From the NCBI RefSeq assembly GCF_006345805.1, contig NC_043005.1, positions 31,372,001 through 31,436,000 of the forward strand: DNA of 64,000 nucleotides, written 5' to 3'. This stretch comes from Octopus sinensis (Eukaryota). Below, piece by piece: positions 52,179 through 64,000 of the stretch; within the stretch, counting starts at the first letter, position 1; the number at the start of each line of letters is the position of its first letter. Made by a program: the position numbers and the translations under genes. Under the pieces are notes generated by a model. It did not search any database. It had not been told where the DNA came from and saw only the letters and a list, made by a program, of their open reading frames with translations.

Positions 52179-52214
52179 TTATATCTGGTATATCTCCAGA
52201 TATACCAGATATAA
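52179..52214. repeat. Perfect 17-bp palindrome with CC spacer
   Basis: ttatatctggtatatct-cc-agatataccagatataa. Confidence 0.95.
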
Positions 52215-53159
52215 ATTATATGATGGACTATATCTATGTGTTTGCGCCTCATTTAGATGGACAGAGTGGAAAAGGGAAATACACACTTTTACACTGACGT
52301 TATACATTAGGCTGTTCTGCTGCATAAGTTGACAGCTCGTTGTTCTATTTTATCAATAAAAAGATCACGAACATAACACAAACGTTTGAATGAATTCTAT
52401 TTGCACGAGTGGCACTGATTAAATGAAAATGATTTCAGCAAATATTCTGAAAATATAAAATATTTCAAACATAACTTTACGCGCTGCTAAAAAATACATA
52501 CAAAACAGTTTTGAAATCAACATTGAAAAATGTTTTCTAGTTCATCCATTTCTCGTGTTAAATGCTTGCGGCTTCTTCAGTATATACAACTTGTATCGAA
52601 TGTTTTCGTGCTTCTCGGTCCTGATAGTCTACTGCAACACCTGAAGTTCTTTGGGCATGACGTTTCGTATCCGTTTAATGTATATTTAATGAAATTGTTA
52701 AGAAAGATTAAAAACGTCTCTTTGGCATTTCATTAGCAATTACTTGCAATTTCTACGACTGTAAACTTACATATTTACTTCTTCGAAGGTATTGATAGAT
52801 TAATTACAAATATAAAATAATATTCGAATATTGTAATTGTTAAGGTATATTCACAATTGTGAATTTAAAGTCGTCAGTTCCAGTCCCATTCTGATCGACT
52901 TTTCCCAACATCCGTTCCAGGGTAGGTTAAATATTTGCCAGTGATATTGTAGATTCCATTAACTCGTATATACTCACTAACTCACTCAATCCATGACGTG
53001 GTCGAGTTGAAATGTAAACTATAGAAACGCCACAAAGCTTCGCAAGAAGTAATGGTATAAAGTGTATTCTACACTTAGAAAAATGGGAGGTTAATCCAGC
53101 GTTAGTTAACCACCTACTACAAATGCTATTTCCAGATGGTCCTCAATATTCCCGACAGT

Positions 53160-53760
53160 TCTGTAAACTGCATAACACAGCTAAACACGTTTAGGTGCGG
53201 CATGCCATCAAGGTAAACCTCAAAGTATACCACTCCTCGAAAAGTGGTATACTTTGGGATCGGCAAAGTTCTGCCGAGACACCGTGCTTGGAATCTGTTT
53301 GGAATCGGAGAGCACACAGCCGCTACGGTCCGTCACGGACTGAATTCTAGATTTGTTACCGTGTTGTGCCTATGCTGCCCGGGCCCAACCAACGGCTTTT
53401 GAGTCTTCATTTTTTTCAGCGCACATACCCTATCTCGGACAATGCAGCCTTCTTGTTTCACGTGGAAGAAATGGTCAAGTGCCATTCTCACCGCAAATCG
53501 CTTTCTATCCCTCTGTTATGTGCCTCTTCTAAGATACTAACTAGTTTATTTTCTGTTCTATTGTTTTCTTAAAGCAATTTCTTTGAGAAACTGATATCAT
53601 TCATTTTCCTTTTCAGAGAAACTCAATTCCTGCTGCTCCCGTCAGTTTCAGTTTTACTCGTCAACTAATGCGCTCCCTGAAATCTTTCCGCGCCGAGAAG
53701 GACGCATTCATCTTCCAGCAACAGGGTCCTTGTCTAATTGCCTTAGCTAACTTGACTGTA
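53160..53760 (-). mobile_element. Possible diverged Tx1 ORF1/5' fragment
   Basis: Frameshifted RG..(G)IE..RFA and VYLDGMPHL..FSC resemble the ORF1 family motifs. Weak match. Confidence 0.3.
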
Positions 53761-53934
53761 ATGGTCCCAACTTTGTAATCCGAATAGCGAACGACCTGAA
53801 ATTGTGAGCAGCTTATACAATAAAATAACCTAATACAAGTCCTATGTAAGTATGTCCTGGATGACCCACTGTGATTTGACCAAATCCATTATTGTTGTAT
53901 ATGGAATATCGAGGCGAAGCCTGTCATACAGTTG

Positions 53935-54123
53935 GAAATTTCTGAGAAGGACTTTTCTCAGCAGCATTTCTTTCTTTATTACGTTCTGAGTTCAAATTCT
54001 GCTGAGGCCGACTTTGTTATTCATCATTTCAGTGTCGATAAAGTACCAGTGTAACACTGGGAACGATGTAATCGACTAGTCACCTCCTTCCAAATTTCAG
54101 ACCCTGTGCCTGTAGTAGAAAGG

Positions 54124-54187
<64 letters not shown>

Positions 54188-54415
54188 CAACGATCCAGTA
54201 CAATCGTTAGCACACTGGTGAAAATGAGGTCGATAAATTAAGTACCAGTTACGTACTGGTGTCGATCTAATCGACCGGCCCCTCCCCCAAATTTCGAGCC
54301 TTGTGCCTAGAGCAGAAAAGAATGAAATAAGTACCTGCTGAGCACTGGGGTCTATGTAATCAGCTAGTCCACTCCTATAAATATTGCTGGCCTTGTGCCA
54401 AATTAAGAAAGGCTA
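53935..54415 (+). mobile_element. Cluster of SINE family B copies with (ATT)n tail
   Basis: ttacgttctgagttcaaattct, aagtaccagt, gtaatcgactag, ccttgtgcct; (ATT)n at 54128-54184. Confidence 0.75.
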
Positions 54416-55489
54416 ATGATTATCTTCATCATTATCCTCTTGTTTTCATAGAGAGTTCTACCACACCATCCAGAGCATTTCTATGATTTGAGTTGTGTTT
54501 GAAGTGCTGTATTTAGGAATTTTTGATCGTTTACTGTGTGGCTGAAGGGTAGCACAAATGAACCCATTTTTGGAGACTAGTGAATGAAAGGGGTGCAATT
54601 GTTACCAAACCAGAGAAGTGGTCCAAAATTTTGCAACAGAATGAGCTCTACAGAAGGAACTCAAGCGGTAAATGTTGATTTAGACTTGGCACAAAATTAA
54701 GGCTGCCATCCATGAATTCAGGCGTTCTAAAAATCTTCGCCTCTAATTCATCATTCTGAGCTGGCATTTTGTTTTAGAACCCCTGAAAAGCCGAAAGGAA
54801 AGTTGAACTCGGTGCAATTTGAACCCAGACCATACATAAAAACTTATTTTTTTGTAGGTTCAAATAACTAATCTAATAAACTAGACTGTGTCTGTATACT
54901 TCATGAGTTTCATTTTGTTGGAAAAATTCTGTTGTTCTATTTTCGTGCTTATTCTGTGTAGAATGTAAGCAATGTGACTGGAATTATTTTGTTGGGTAGG
55001 GAGATCATGTTTGGCATGCAGTGTGTCAATTGTGTTATGTCATTTTGTGTCTGGGAGAGATTATATAGAATAGCAGTTGTTTGCGTTTTATGAGATTCAA
55101 CAGCCGTATTTCCCACCCGTTAAAAGTTTCTTCGTGGTTTGATTTTGTTTATGTTGGGCGATCAAAACGCTTTTTTGATGCTATTGACAGCTCTGAAAAC
55201 TATGGAAACATTTCGACTCAAAGTCAATGGAAATACTTTCTTTATTTGCATTGTTTTGCATCATTACAACGCAGGAGTTTGAAGACGTTGGAATATATTT
55301 CTTATTAAAACAAACGTAGCAGTGGTTTATTTTGACATTTTATATTTTCTTCAGAGAATTGCCAGCAATGGTAGATTCGACAGCATCATAGATATTCTTC
55401 CATAACATATAAAATGAAGGCGATGTAGAAGCAGATATTTGCTATAAAATAAATGAAAAATATTTCTTTGTAACCAGACAGAACCCCCA

Positions 55490-55705
55490 AAATATTGGTT
55501 TCAAATTTTGGCACAAGGCCATCAAGTTTGGGGAGGGGCTAGGTCTATTACATCGACTCTAATGCTAAACTGGTATTAATTTTCTTGAACCTAAAAGGAT
55601 TAAAGGCAAAGTCAACCTCGGCGGAATCTGAACTCAGAACGTAAAGACGGACGAAATATTGCTAAGCACTATTGCCTGGCGTGCTAACGAATCTGCCAAC
55701 TCAAC
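55490..55705 (-). mobile_element. SINE family B
   Basis: Reverse complement gives ggcagattcgttagcacgccagg..ttctgagttcagattccgccgagg. Confidence 0.75.
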
Positions 55706-56983
55706 TTCTTGCAAATTGTTATAATGAAATAACTAAAAGTAACTTCATTGGCGATAACAATAACATACACACAAGCACGCACATATAAACACACACAACA
55801 CAGCACACACACAACATACGCACACGCACACACATACACACGTCGTCTATGTATTATTTTCCTAGTGCTTCTAGTAACGGAATAAATATTATCAAGAGGA
55901 TTATCAGCGGTAGTGCCCCAGCATGGCCGCGGCCTTCGGGCTAAAACATTTTTAAGGATTTAAGAATTTAAGGATCTCATTGTCACGAAGTTGCATTGGG
56001 TTTTGCTGCTGGTCTTCCTGGCAATGACATTAGGAGTCAAGCAGACACGATAAACAAGTTCCTATATACTATTGCCACAGTACTTAAGTGAAGAAACCGA
56101 AAGATCATCATCTAATGCATTAGTAACAATGCTGACTCGTTTTCACTTTCCTGTCCAATTATGGTTTGGTAGTGAAGCTGATAAGAATGACGTGGCTGGA
56201 TGAAATAGCTCAATAGTCATATAAACCCTTATGATCTCTTATGACCACAGGATCACTCCAGAATATTTCCCAATTGTGGGCGCCAGAATTGTTCCACGTG
56301 GGGAGAGCGTAGTGGGGCAATATACCGTCGGACTGGTTAAACTCTCCGGTATCAGATTTAGTTTGACATTCAAGTGAACCGAAGCTGGAATGAAATGCTC
56401 AGCACGGATTGCCAGTCTTACTAAGAAATATGTCAACAGAAATTATCCCTAAAAGGTGGGGGGTTGAAGCGGCAAAAGCTTAATTCGCCCATTATCATTT
56501 AAATCTTAACCTAATTACCATCGCAACGATCTCCTACTTCTTGGGGAAGGAATGCCTTTCAATACCGAGGCGATCCATCTGCTGCCAACCCCCATCTGTA
56601 TAGCGGGTAAAGCACATTATGGCAGCTGAAGTGTAGATACTCTTTAAGGCTACTTGAACAGCAGAGATTGCTGAATAGTGACTATATGTGGTCACTCTTC
56701 CTGAAGCACGTCCTTCTGCAGCCCATACTCAAGAGGGAGTTATAATCGAGAGTAAAACAAAGACTGAGACTTGGTATCTGCAATGATGTTAGGTGTATAC
56801 CGCTCTCTACCAGTCGAGCACAAGATTCATGAAGGTCACATTCTAGCAATTTATAGAGGATTAGTGACAAGAAAAGAATGGTGGCATTATCCATTCAAGA
56901 AAATTATATTTTTCCATTCTAGAAAGTTATTATTATAAAGAAGTCAGTATTATTGTTGTTGTTGTTGTCGTCGTCGTCGTCGT

Positions 56984-57500
56984 CCAGTTAAGACGTGTTT
57001 TTTTCGGAGGCCCGTCAGTTTGAAATTTGTTGAGAAGAAAGAAAAGAAACAAAAAACAATGACACTGACACCACAATCACGAACAGCAAATCTAGCGGCA
57101 ACGGTTTCGCCTTGGCAGCAAAGCAGACAAAAGAGTTGTTGAATTTAACATAAAATGAACTACAAAATGCTAAGGAGTTGTTAAGAAAGGAAGGAAACAA
57201 TGTCTTCCTTAACACTCCTCAGGAATTAATAAAGGAGACGGATCTAAAATCAGTGATATACAGTGTTTTAAACATCAACAAGAAAAGAGTAGAATGATCC
57301 AACCAACAACAGTTGGAAATGACCCTCAAACCGATTTGGACCAACAAAACCTATGTGACAAGAGGAAAGCACTTCGGCACGGTGGAAGTGCGTTTTGCAA
57401 CAGAGAAGGAAGCAAGACAGCATTCCACTGTGCCCTTAAAAACAGAGGAATTACTGCTCGTGCCGACACACTTTGGTCCTGAAAACTCCTCAAACCCGTG
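56984..57500 (+). mobile_element. Tx1-like LINE 5' end and ORF1 fragment
   Basis: LKPIWTNKTYVTRGKHFGTVEVRFATEKEARQHSTVPLKTEELLLVPTHFG aligns with the ORF1 at 18332-18934. Confidence 0.7.
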
Positions 57501-59632
57501 TGTGTATGTATATGTACGTGCATATGTATATTCAAATATATATGAGTATGTGTATGTGTATATATGTATACGTATGTATACATATATACACATACGCCTA
57601 TACGAATACATTTACGGATGTGCGTAAGAATGCATGTGTGTATATGTATAAATGTTTATGTGTATGTATATGCGTATGTATATATATGCATATGTGTGTG
57701 TATATGTATGTATGCATATGTGCACATATATATGTATATGTATGCGCGCGTACGTATGTCATTATACCTTGTTTCCTCCTCTCAGATTCCTAATTCTCAC
57801 TGTAACCTCTACAATCACATACGTCCATTTATAGAAATTTGACATTCTTGCATTCTTCCCTCCACTTAAAATTTTACTACTAAAACCCCACCCGAACCTT
57901 TTCTCTACCTATCCCTTCACATCACCTCTACTCACACCTATTCATTCCTTACCTTCTCATCTCTTCCTATCCTCCTCTAACTCCTCTCCCATCCTCCTCT
58001 CACATTATCTCGAGCACCAACTAACACTCTTTTCCTCACTTATTTCACCCTTCTTCACTTTTTCGTTCTTTCACTTTTTTCTCCCTTTTTTCTCTCTTTC
58101 TTCCTCTCATTTGTTCTTCCTGTTTTTATTTTGATCTATCTCTACATTCTAATCACGCACATATCTCTTCCCCATCTACCCACAGACACCACCAATACAT
58201 TCTCAAATTTTCATTCACACCACAAGACACTTTCGAATGAACAACACAGAATCCACAGCTCCATAATTTGACATGGCTAAACATAAACTACAATTGGAAC
58301 TTACATACCATATACAGGAAACTTTTTACCACTTCTATTCACCTACAATATCTTTATATATTTTATATTTTATTTCTACTTTCATTCTCTTATTTCCCTC
58401 TAAATTCCCTATCTCCTTTTCCATAATAATTCTTTTATTTCGAACTGAAATATTTACCTCTAATTAACCACCTCACATCGGATATAGATATAGTTTTACA
58501 TCTGTTTCTGGGATATTAATTTATCCCAGAAACAGCTGTAAGACTATATTTATATCTTTTTCCTTATAAATGTCCTGAAAACTCCTCACGGCCTTGGCTT
58601 TGTTATCTCCTTTTATCTAGTATATATATATGCATGCTAATACAAAACCTACAGTATATTCCTCACTTGTATCACTATCGAATCAAAGGTTTAACTACGG
58701 TCTGTCCGTAGCACTTACTTAACGCTACCTGCCACTGTTTGGGTCTTCTTCCAGATGCCAATACCTCTCATATATATATGTATGTATGTGTGTGTGTGTA
58801 GGTATGTCACTAATTTCATCCTGTATCTTTGTTATTAAGATATTAACTTTATTCGTACCAATAAGATTTTTCTTGGTTTTACAGATCTGATTCTATTGTG
58901 GATGTCCTAATTGAAATTAAAACTCTTATCACATCCCTTTCCCCACATCTTCGTTACAACCGTTTATCTCAACATCCGGTAATATAAGTTACTCATCATT
59001 TTTGACAACAAATTGCTTCTTCAAAATTTGTGATTCTGTGTAATTAGATTTTTTTTTATTCTTAAATATTATATGTCGTTTTATTTAATAAGTCCCCGTT
59101 CACGGTGAACGACGGGAATCAAAAAAGATTTCCGGAAGATTCAAATGTAAACATGCTAATCGCAGTTGCATTTTGTCATTGGAGACAAACTTCTCTCTTC
59201 AAACAAATCAGTTTATATAAGACACACTCGATTCATTAGCATGGAACACTATGTATTTTGACATCGTTGTGCCTCCTCACCTAAAGTATTCCGCACTACG
59301 GAATCATAAAATATTTTGTGGCTCCCGTTTATAAAATCAGATAAATAGTTAGCATGATATACAAATATATGGAATATGGGAATATTGATAGATAGACACA
59401 CACAAATGTATGTATGTGTATGTTTGTAGAGGCAGAGAGCAGAGAAGTGAGATACGATATGCAATAACAGCTATATTCTAGCTAGAGACAAAGAAAGAGA
59501 GAGGAAGAGAAAGAGAGAGAGAGGGGGGAGAGCGATAGAGAGAGAAAGAAAGAATGTATACATTTATAGTTAGACAAAATACGAGGATACATACATATAT
59601 ATGTGTGTTTGAATGTAGAGAGCGAGAGAAAG

Positions 59633-59636
<4 letters not shown>

Positions 59637-59709
<73 letters not shown>
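59637..59709. repeat. (GATA)n microsatellite
   Basis: Read directly from the sequence. Confidence 0.95.
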
Positions 59710-59710
<1 letters not shown>

Positions 59711-60061
59711 CTAAGAGTGATTATATAACGAAGTAATAATATCTATAAAATGTAATTAAAAATGTGTGTTTCTAATTAAAAATTCTAATCTACTAAAATG
59801 ATAGAAACCAAAACCAATTAATTTCATTCTATCTTTTTTGCCTTCATTTGAAAAGACGAGTTATTTTTGGAACATATTCTCTTACCTATAACTAAATATT
59901 TTATTTTATTTAAGCAATCATTAATGTTAAAACAGATTTTCGTTTCATAAATTTTCTCGCAAATAAATTATTTAACATTTAACATATAATGAACGTGGGG
60001 CTGTGTGTGCATAGGCACCTATGTATGTAAATATCTATGTATACACACACACATACACATA

Positions 60062-60109
<48 letters not shown>

Positions 60110-60254
60110 CACACACACACACACGCACCCATGCACAAATATAGATAGATAGATACCTTGCTATTAGACGAGTCAAAATGAAGAAATCTATTTTCAATTC
60201 CAAGTTCATATTTAGGCAAAAGAACAACAATGTTGAGAGGAAAGCGCTTCTAAA

Positions 60255-60420
60255 TTAGATCACCCTTAGTATTTGACTGGTAATTTATTTTATTAATCCT
60301 GAAAGATCGACAGGCAAATTTGGCCTCGGTTGAATCTAAAATCAGAACGTTAAAGGTCTGCGTGTGTGTAGAACATTCAGCCACTTTCACATTAATTTCA
60401 CGAGCTGGCAGATTCGTTGA
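60255..60420 (-). mobile_element. SINE family B fragment
   Basis: Reverse complement gives aatctgccagctc..cgttctgattttagattcaaccgaggcc. Confidence 0.6.
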
Positions 60421-60479
60421 TCGAATCAACTGCAACACTCGTCGACGGAAACCCAGGCAAGACACACAGACTTGATGTT

Positions 60480-62340
60480 ACATTATATAATAGTAACAGT
60501 TACAGTGTGTTCGTTGAATTTGATAGTTTTAACAACAACCAAACCGTTAAATGTGTAATATAAGCTTCCCCTATCCGTAAATGGTGAGGTAATTTCCTGA
60601 TTTTGTCATTAAATGATTTACCTTCGAGAACGTCGTTTCAACAAGTTAGATGAGGGAGAAGATAAGAAAGTATTCAACTTTTTGTCATCGAATTTGAATG
60701 TATGGTAGTAATGCTCTTGTTTAGCTACATTACACTGTTTGCATGCCATTTTAGATTCAGTGTCACGCCACAACGTGTGAATGTCCGTCCCATGATCCAC
60801 ATAACAATTTAGGCACAAGTTTAACGAATATGTACTATTTTTGTAATATTTCCCTGTAATGTCTGAAAAAGTGTATCATCGATTTTACCTCGATTATCTT
60901 CTTCAGGAGTTGTTCAGTCACAGACGGACCATCGTCTCCTAATTTTTCTTACGTTCTAGTAGACCTTCTCAAATGTGTCTACGAAGCCATACGTACTGTA
61001 TGGCACATTTAGGCACAAGTCCTGAAATTTTAGCCTTATCATTAATAATGAAGGGATCAAAGGTTCAGTTAAGCACATCTATTTTAATGATGTCCACAAA
61101 TCGTGACTCTTGGTGAAGTGAAATACACAAAATCAATGATTCATCTACAACACGGGTCAAGTGTGGGAGATATAGAAAACCTTTACTTAACATATAACGA
61201 CGAGAAACTAGCGGTTTCTCATTTGAAAAAGTCATATGTTTAATTTCAGTAACGAGTCAGTTGCCTTTGGAAAGCCACTGTACTTCTGTCTAAAGAAGAA
61301 ATTTGTCAAATTCTTGTCTTGTTAACAGTAAGTAGATGTTGAAAACATTTGGCCTTATTTTATTATCTTCATTGCAATCTTGAGTGATTAATGTAGATCT
61401 GGGCTGAGGTGTTTTACAATGAAATGTTGCTGAAACTTCTTTTTTTATTTTAATATATCAATTAACTTTAGTAGGTGTTCCATCGGTTACACAAGAAATG
61501 TTATCAACAGGAACATTGTTGTTAGTGAAAAAAGCAAACACATTGAGACAAAAATCAACTCATTCTTTGCATTTATCTCCTGTTTTTCAGAAAAAAATCT
61601 ATTTCCTCTTCAAATTCACTATATTCTAAAACTTTGTTATATATCATTAACAATGCACCACTAGAATTAGAAATGGATTAATTTAGCTGTATGGAAAATA
61701 CTTGTTCACACAGGTTTGAATTATCGGAGCTTTTACATTACTCGCTTTTTTATCGATCCGATTTTTGATGGTTTTTTATGTTTAAAGCAATAAGATTCAG
61801 AAAATCCCACTTTTTATTATCATATTTAAAAAAACCTCACTCATGGAAAGTTTTACTAACTTGACACAGTCTACGGTTCGTTGCTTTTGGCCATCATAGC
61901 TGATAGGAAGTGTGTGACGCTTTTAAACCATTAAAATTAGATCGATTGCTGGAAGTAAACAACACCGTACTGTGTTTCTAATCCCAAGTTATTCATTAAA
62001 GAGCACAGAATGTTCGAACAGATTCATTTTATTTTTGTCACTATTTTGTTTAAATGGCCATACAGTATTTATGGCTTCGTAGACACATTTGAGAAGGTCT
62101 ACTAGAACGTAAGAAAAATTAGGAGACGATGGTCCGTCTGTGACTGAAGAACTCCTAAAGAAGATAATCGAGGTAAAATCGATGATACACTTTTTCAGAC
62201 ATTACAGGGAAATATTACAAAAATAGTATATATTCGTTAATTGACAGTTTCGTAGAATCAAGCAAAATTGATGTCAGAATGAGAACATTTCTTTCACTTC
62301 TAGTTCTCTTATTGCTGATATGTTATATTACAACTTGAAT
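60480..62340 (-). mobile_element. Degenerate hAT (Buster/Charlie-like) transposase
   Basis: In colinear order on the minus strand: LLPAI..LPIS, VFAFFTNNNVPVDNISCVTDG (~61477-61545), LL*TEVQWLSKGN (~61258-61302, HTEVRWLSKG motif) and LVETTFSKVNHLMTKIRK (dimerisation domain, ~60590-60645). Confidence 0.75.
60821..61006 (+). repeat. 186-bp inverted copy of 62051-62240 inserted with a 14-bp target duplication
   Basis: atttaggcacaagt at 60807-60820 and 61007-61020. About five substitutions and one indel versus the source. Confidence 0.9.
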
Positions 62341-62684
62341 TTTGCTTAACAAGTCTAAAACAGGGGGAAAGCGTACCAAAATAATTCTGCCTTGTTTTCC
62401 ATAGATACGGCCTGTCCCACGAGCTAATACTAGTGCTGCATACGAAATTATTGAGGTTTGTTGTGATTAAGTATAGTGAAATAGTCAATTTGTACTGACG
62501 GTTTCGTGACTAGGTCCTACCACTACAAAAATTGTGCCAGAACAAACAACCACTATAATCACGCTTTCATAGGTGTTAGCTTACAGATTACTAAGCACAT
62601 ATTATGCTAATTATTTGTGCGTGTGTGTGCCATTGTATTTATGTATATATATGTATTTATATAGATACACACACACATACATAC

Positions 62685-62717
<33 letters not shown>

Positions 62718-62859
62718 TGTATGTATGTATGTATGTATGTATGTATGTACGTATGTATGTATGTATGTATGTATCATCTGATGGAAACAGTTGTTTTCGA
62801 TGATATAATGTACTATATAGGCGGTGTTTTGTCAAAAAGTTAACGCTGTAAAGACGGAC

Positions 62860-64000
62860 CCATCTCTTAATGTCACTGCTTAAATGAATAACAAAACCAA
62901 AAAAGAGCGATGGACAGATAACAACGACTACATTGAAGTGATATACGTACACTACAATGCAACACTCTCCCAAAACATATTGGAAAAAATTTATTCAGTA
63001 AATACCCAATAAAATAAGCATCCCCACAATATGCGCCATAGAGGCCCGTTACCCAACAGAAAAACACAACTTGCACTGCACAAACAACACGACACACAAT
63101 ACAAACATTCATACATCGGAAGATTCGAACCAAATCCCATAACAAAATATATTGATGCAATACAATACTTCTCAAACTAAATAAAATTCCACACACACCT
63201 CACTAACACTAAAGTGCAGCAATTGATGCAATAAAACGGTACTTGAAACTACCAGTTGTTGAATAATAATAGTAGTGATGACGATGGTGACGAACATTAC
63301 CTTACTTCAGTTTATGAGAGACAAAAGTTTGCCCATAAACTCTGATTGTAACAGCGAAAATTAAACCTCTCGGTCGGCAGTGGTTCAGTACAGATGCAGA
63401 CTGACCACAACTGTTATCCTAAGACAGCATCAGCAGATAATGGAATAAGGAAATGGAAACAGTATAGTGATGCAGTTCTACTTAGAAAGTGAACCTAAAA
63501 GAAAGGGTTATAGAAAACAGATGTTAACACTGTGTAGAGAAGGATATGGTTAAAGTGACTGGGTAGAGACTAGTACACCAAGCTAATGCTTTTAGAAGAA
63601 AGTGGATGACAGATTTGGAGTAGTAAGAAATCACAAGAGAACTGGAAAAGAAAAAAACAGGGATTATAAAAAACAAACAACATAAGCGATACAGATCAAA
63701 CAAATTAAGAATCTAAAGGAAAAAAATTGTTAATAGCATTATCGATCAGAAAGGGACAACTGGCACCAGTGTCTTAAGCGACTTAATTGAGGAAGATTTT
63801 TGATGAGTTGCAGGAAGCAATGAGTAAAGAACAAAGAAAAAGATTAAAAGGTAGCAACAGAAAGAAGCTGATAGATATGACTAGGCAAATATATTTTTTT
63901 ATCAGTAGGATAAATACTAAAAATATAGGTGTCACTAACTTATTGATCTATGCAGGAGAGGTAGTAGTAACTTGAAGATTAGATATACCTCAAAAAAAGA
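62860..64000 (+). mobile_element. R4/Dong-like N-terminal ORF fragments
   Basis: KKERWTDNNDYIEVIYVHYNA and INTKNIGVTNLLIYAGEVVV resemble Dong N-terminal motifs (T..ITETN.LIYAGA.VV). Confidence 0.5.

Noticed and set aside
60618-60818. ORF CLNCYVDH..LWRDTESKMACKQC..EHYYH looked like a B-box/ZZ zinc-finger exon with AG/GT boundaries
   Set aside because: Adjacent frames give hAT motifs in colinear order (TEVQWLSKG upstream, LVETTFSKV..TKIRK overlapping), so it is better explained as decayed transposase.
60821-62240. A single DNA transposon with 190-bp TIRs and TTAA TSD (piggyBac-like)
   Set aside because: The left arm has its own 14-bp flanking duplication and interrupts a colinear hAT ORF that extends past both arms.

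Overview
AT-rich, microsatellite-dense eukaryotic genomic DNA. The SINE/LINE families point to an octopod cephalopod (inference, not checked). I could not support any host protein-coding gene, rRNA, true tRNA gene or CRISPR array, and most ORF-track entries are microsatellite read-throughs. The window is a layered field of transposon relics: a ~5.1 kb near-full-length but frameshifted Tx1/L1-clade LINE, further Tx1 ORF1/RT fragments, R4/Dong-like RLE LINEs at (TAA)n, RTE, Gypsy pol, two mariners, a Buster/Charlie-type hAT, Penelope-like (GIY-YIG) pieces, nested Helitrons and at least three tRNA-derived SINE families. Most notable: (1) the Tx1 LINE sits in the tRNA-derived head of the commonest SINE with a 12-bp TSD, and what looks like a second Tx1-type 3' tail abuts the same site, suggesting target specificity; (2) a tRNA-headed SINE family carries a minimal hammerhead-ribozyme fold in its tail, and one copy shows a twin-priming-type 5' inversion; (3) a tandem ~560-bp Penelope-like unit carries a different hammerhead fold in each repeat; (4) a 186-bp locally templated inverted insertion is flanked by a 14-bp duplication. 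All alignments and folds were done by eye.
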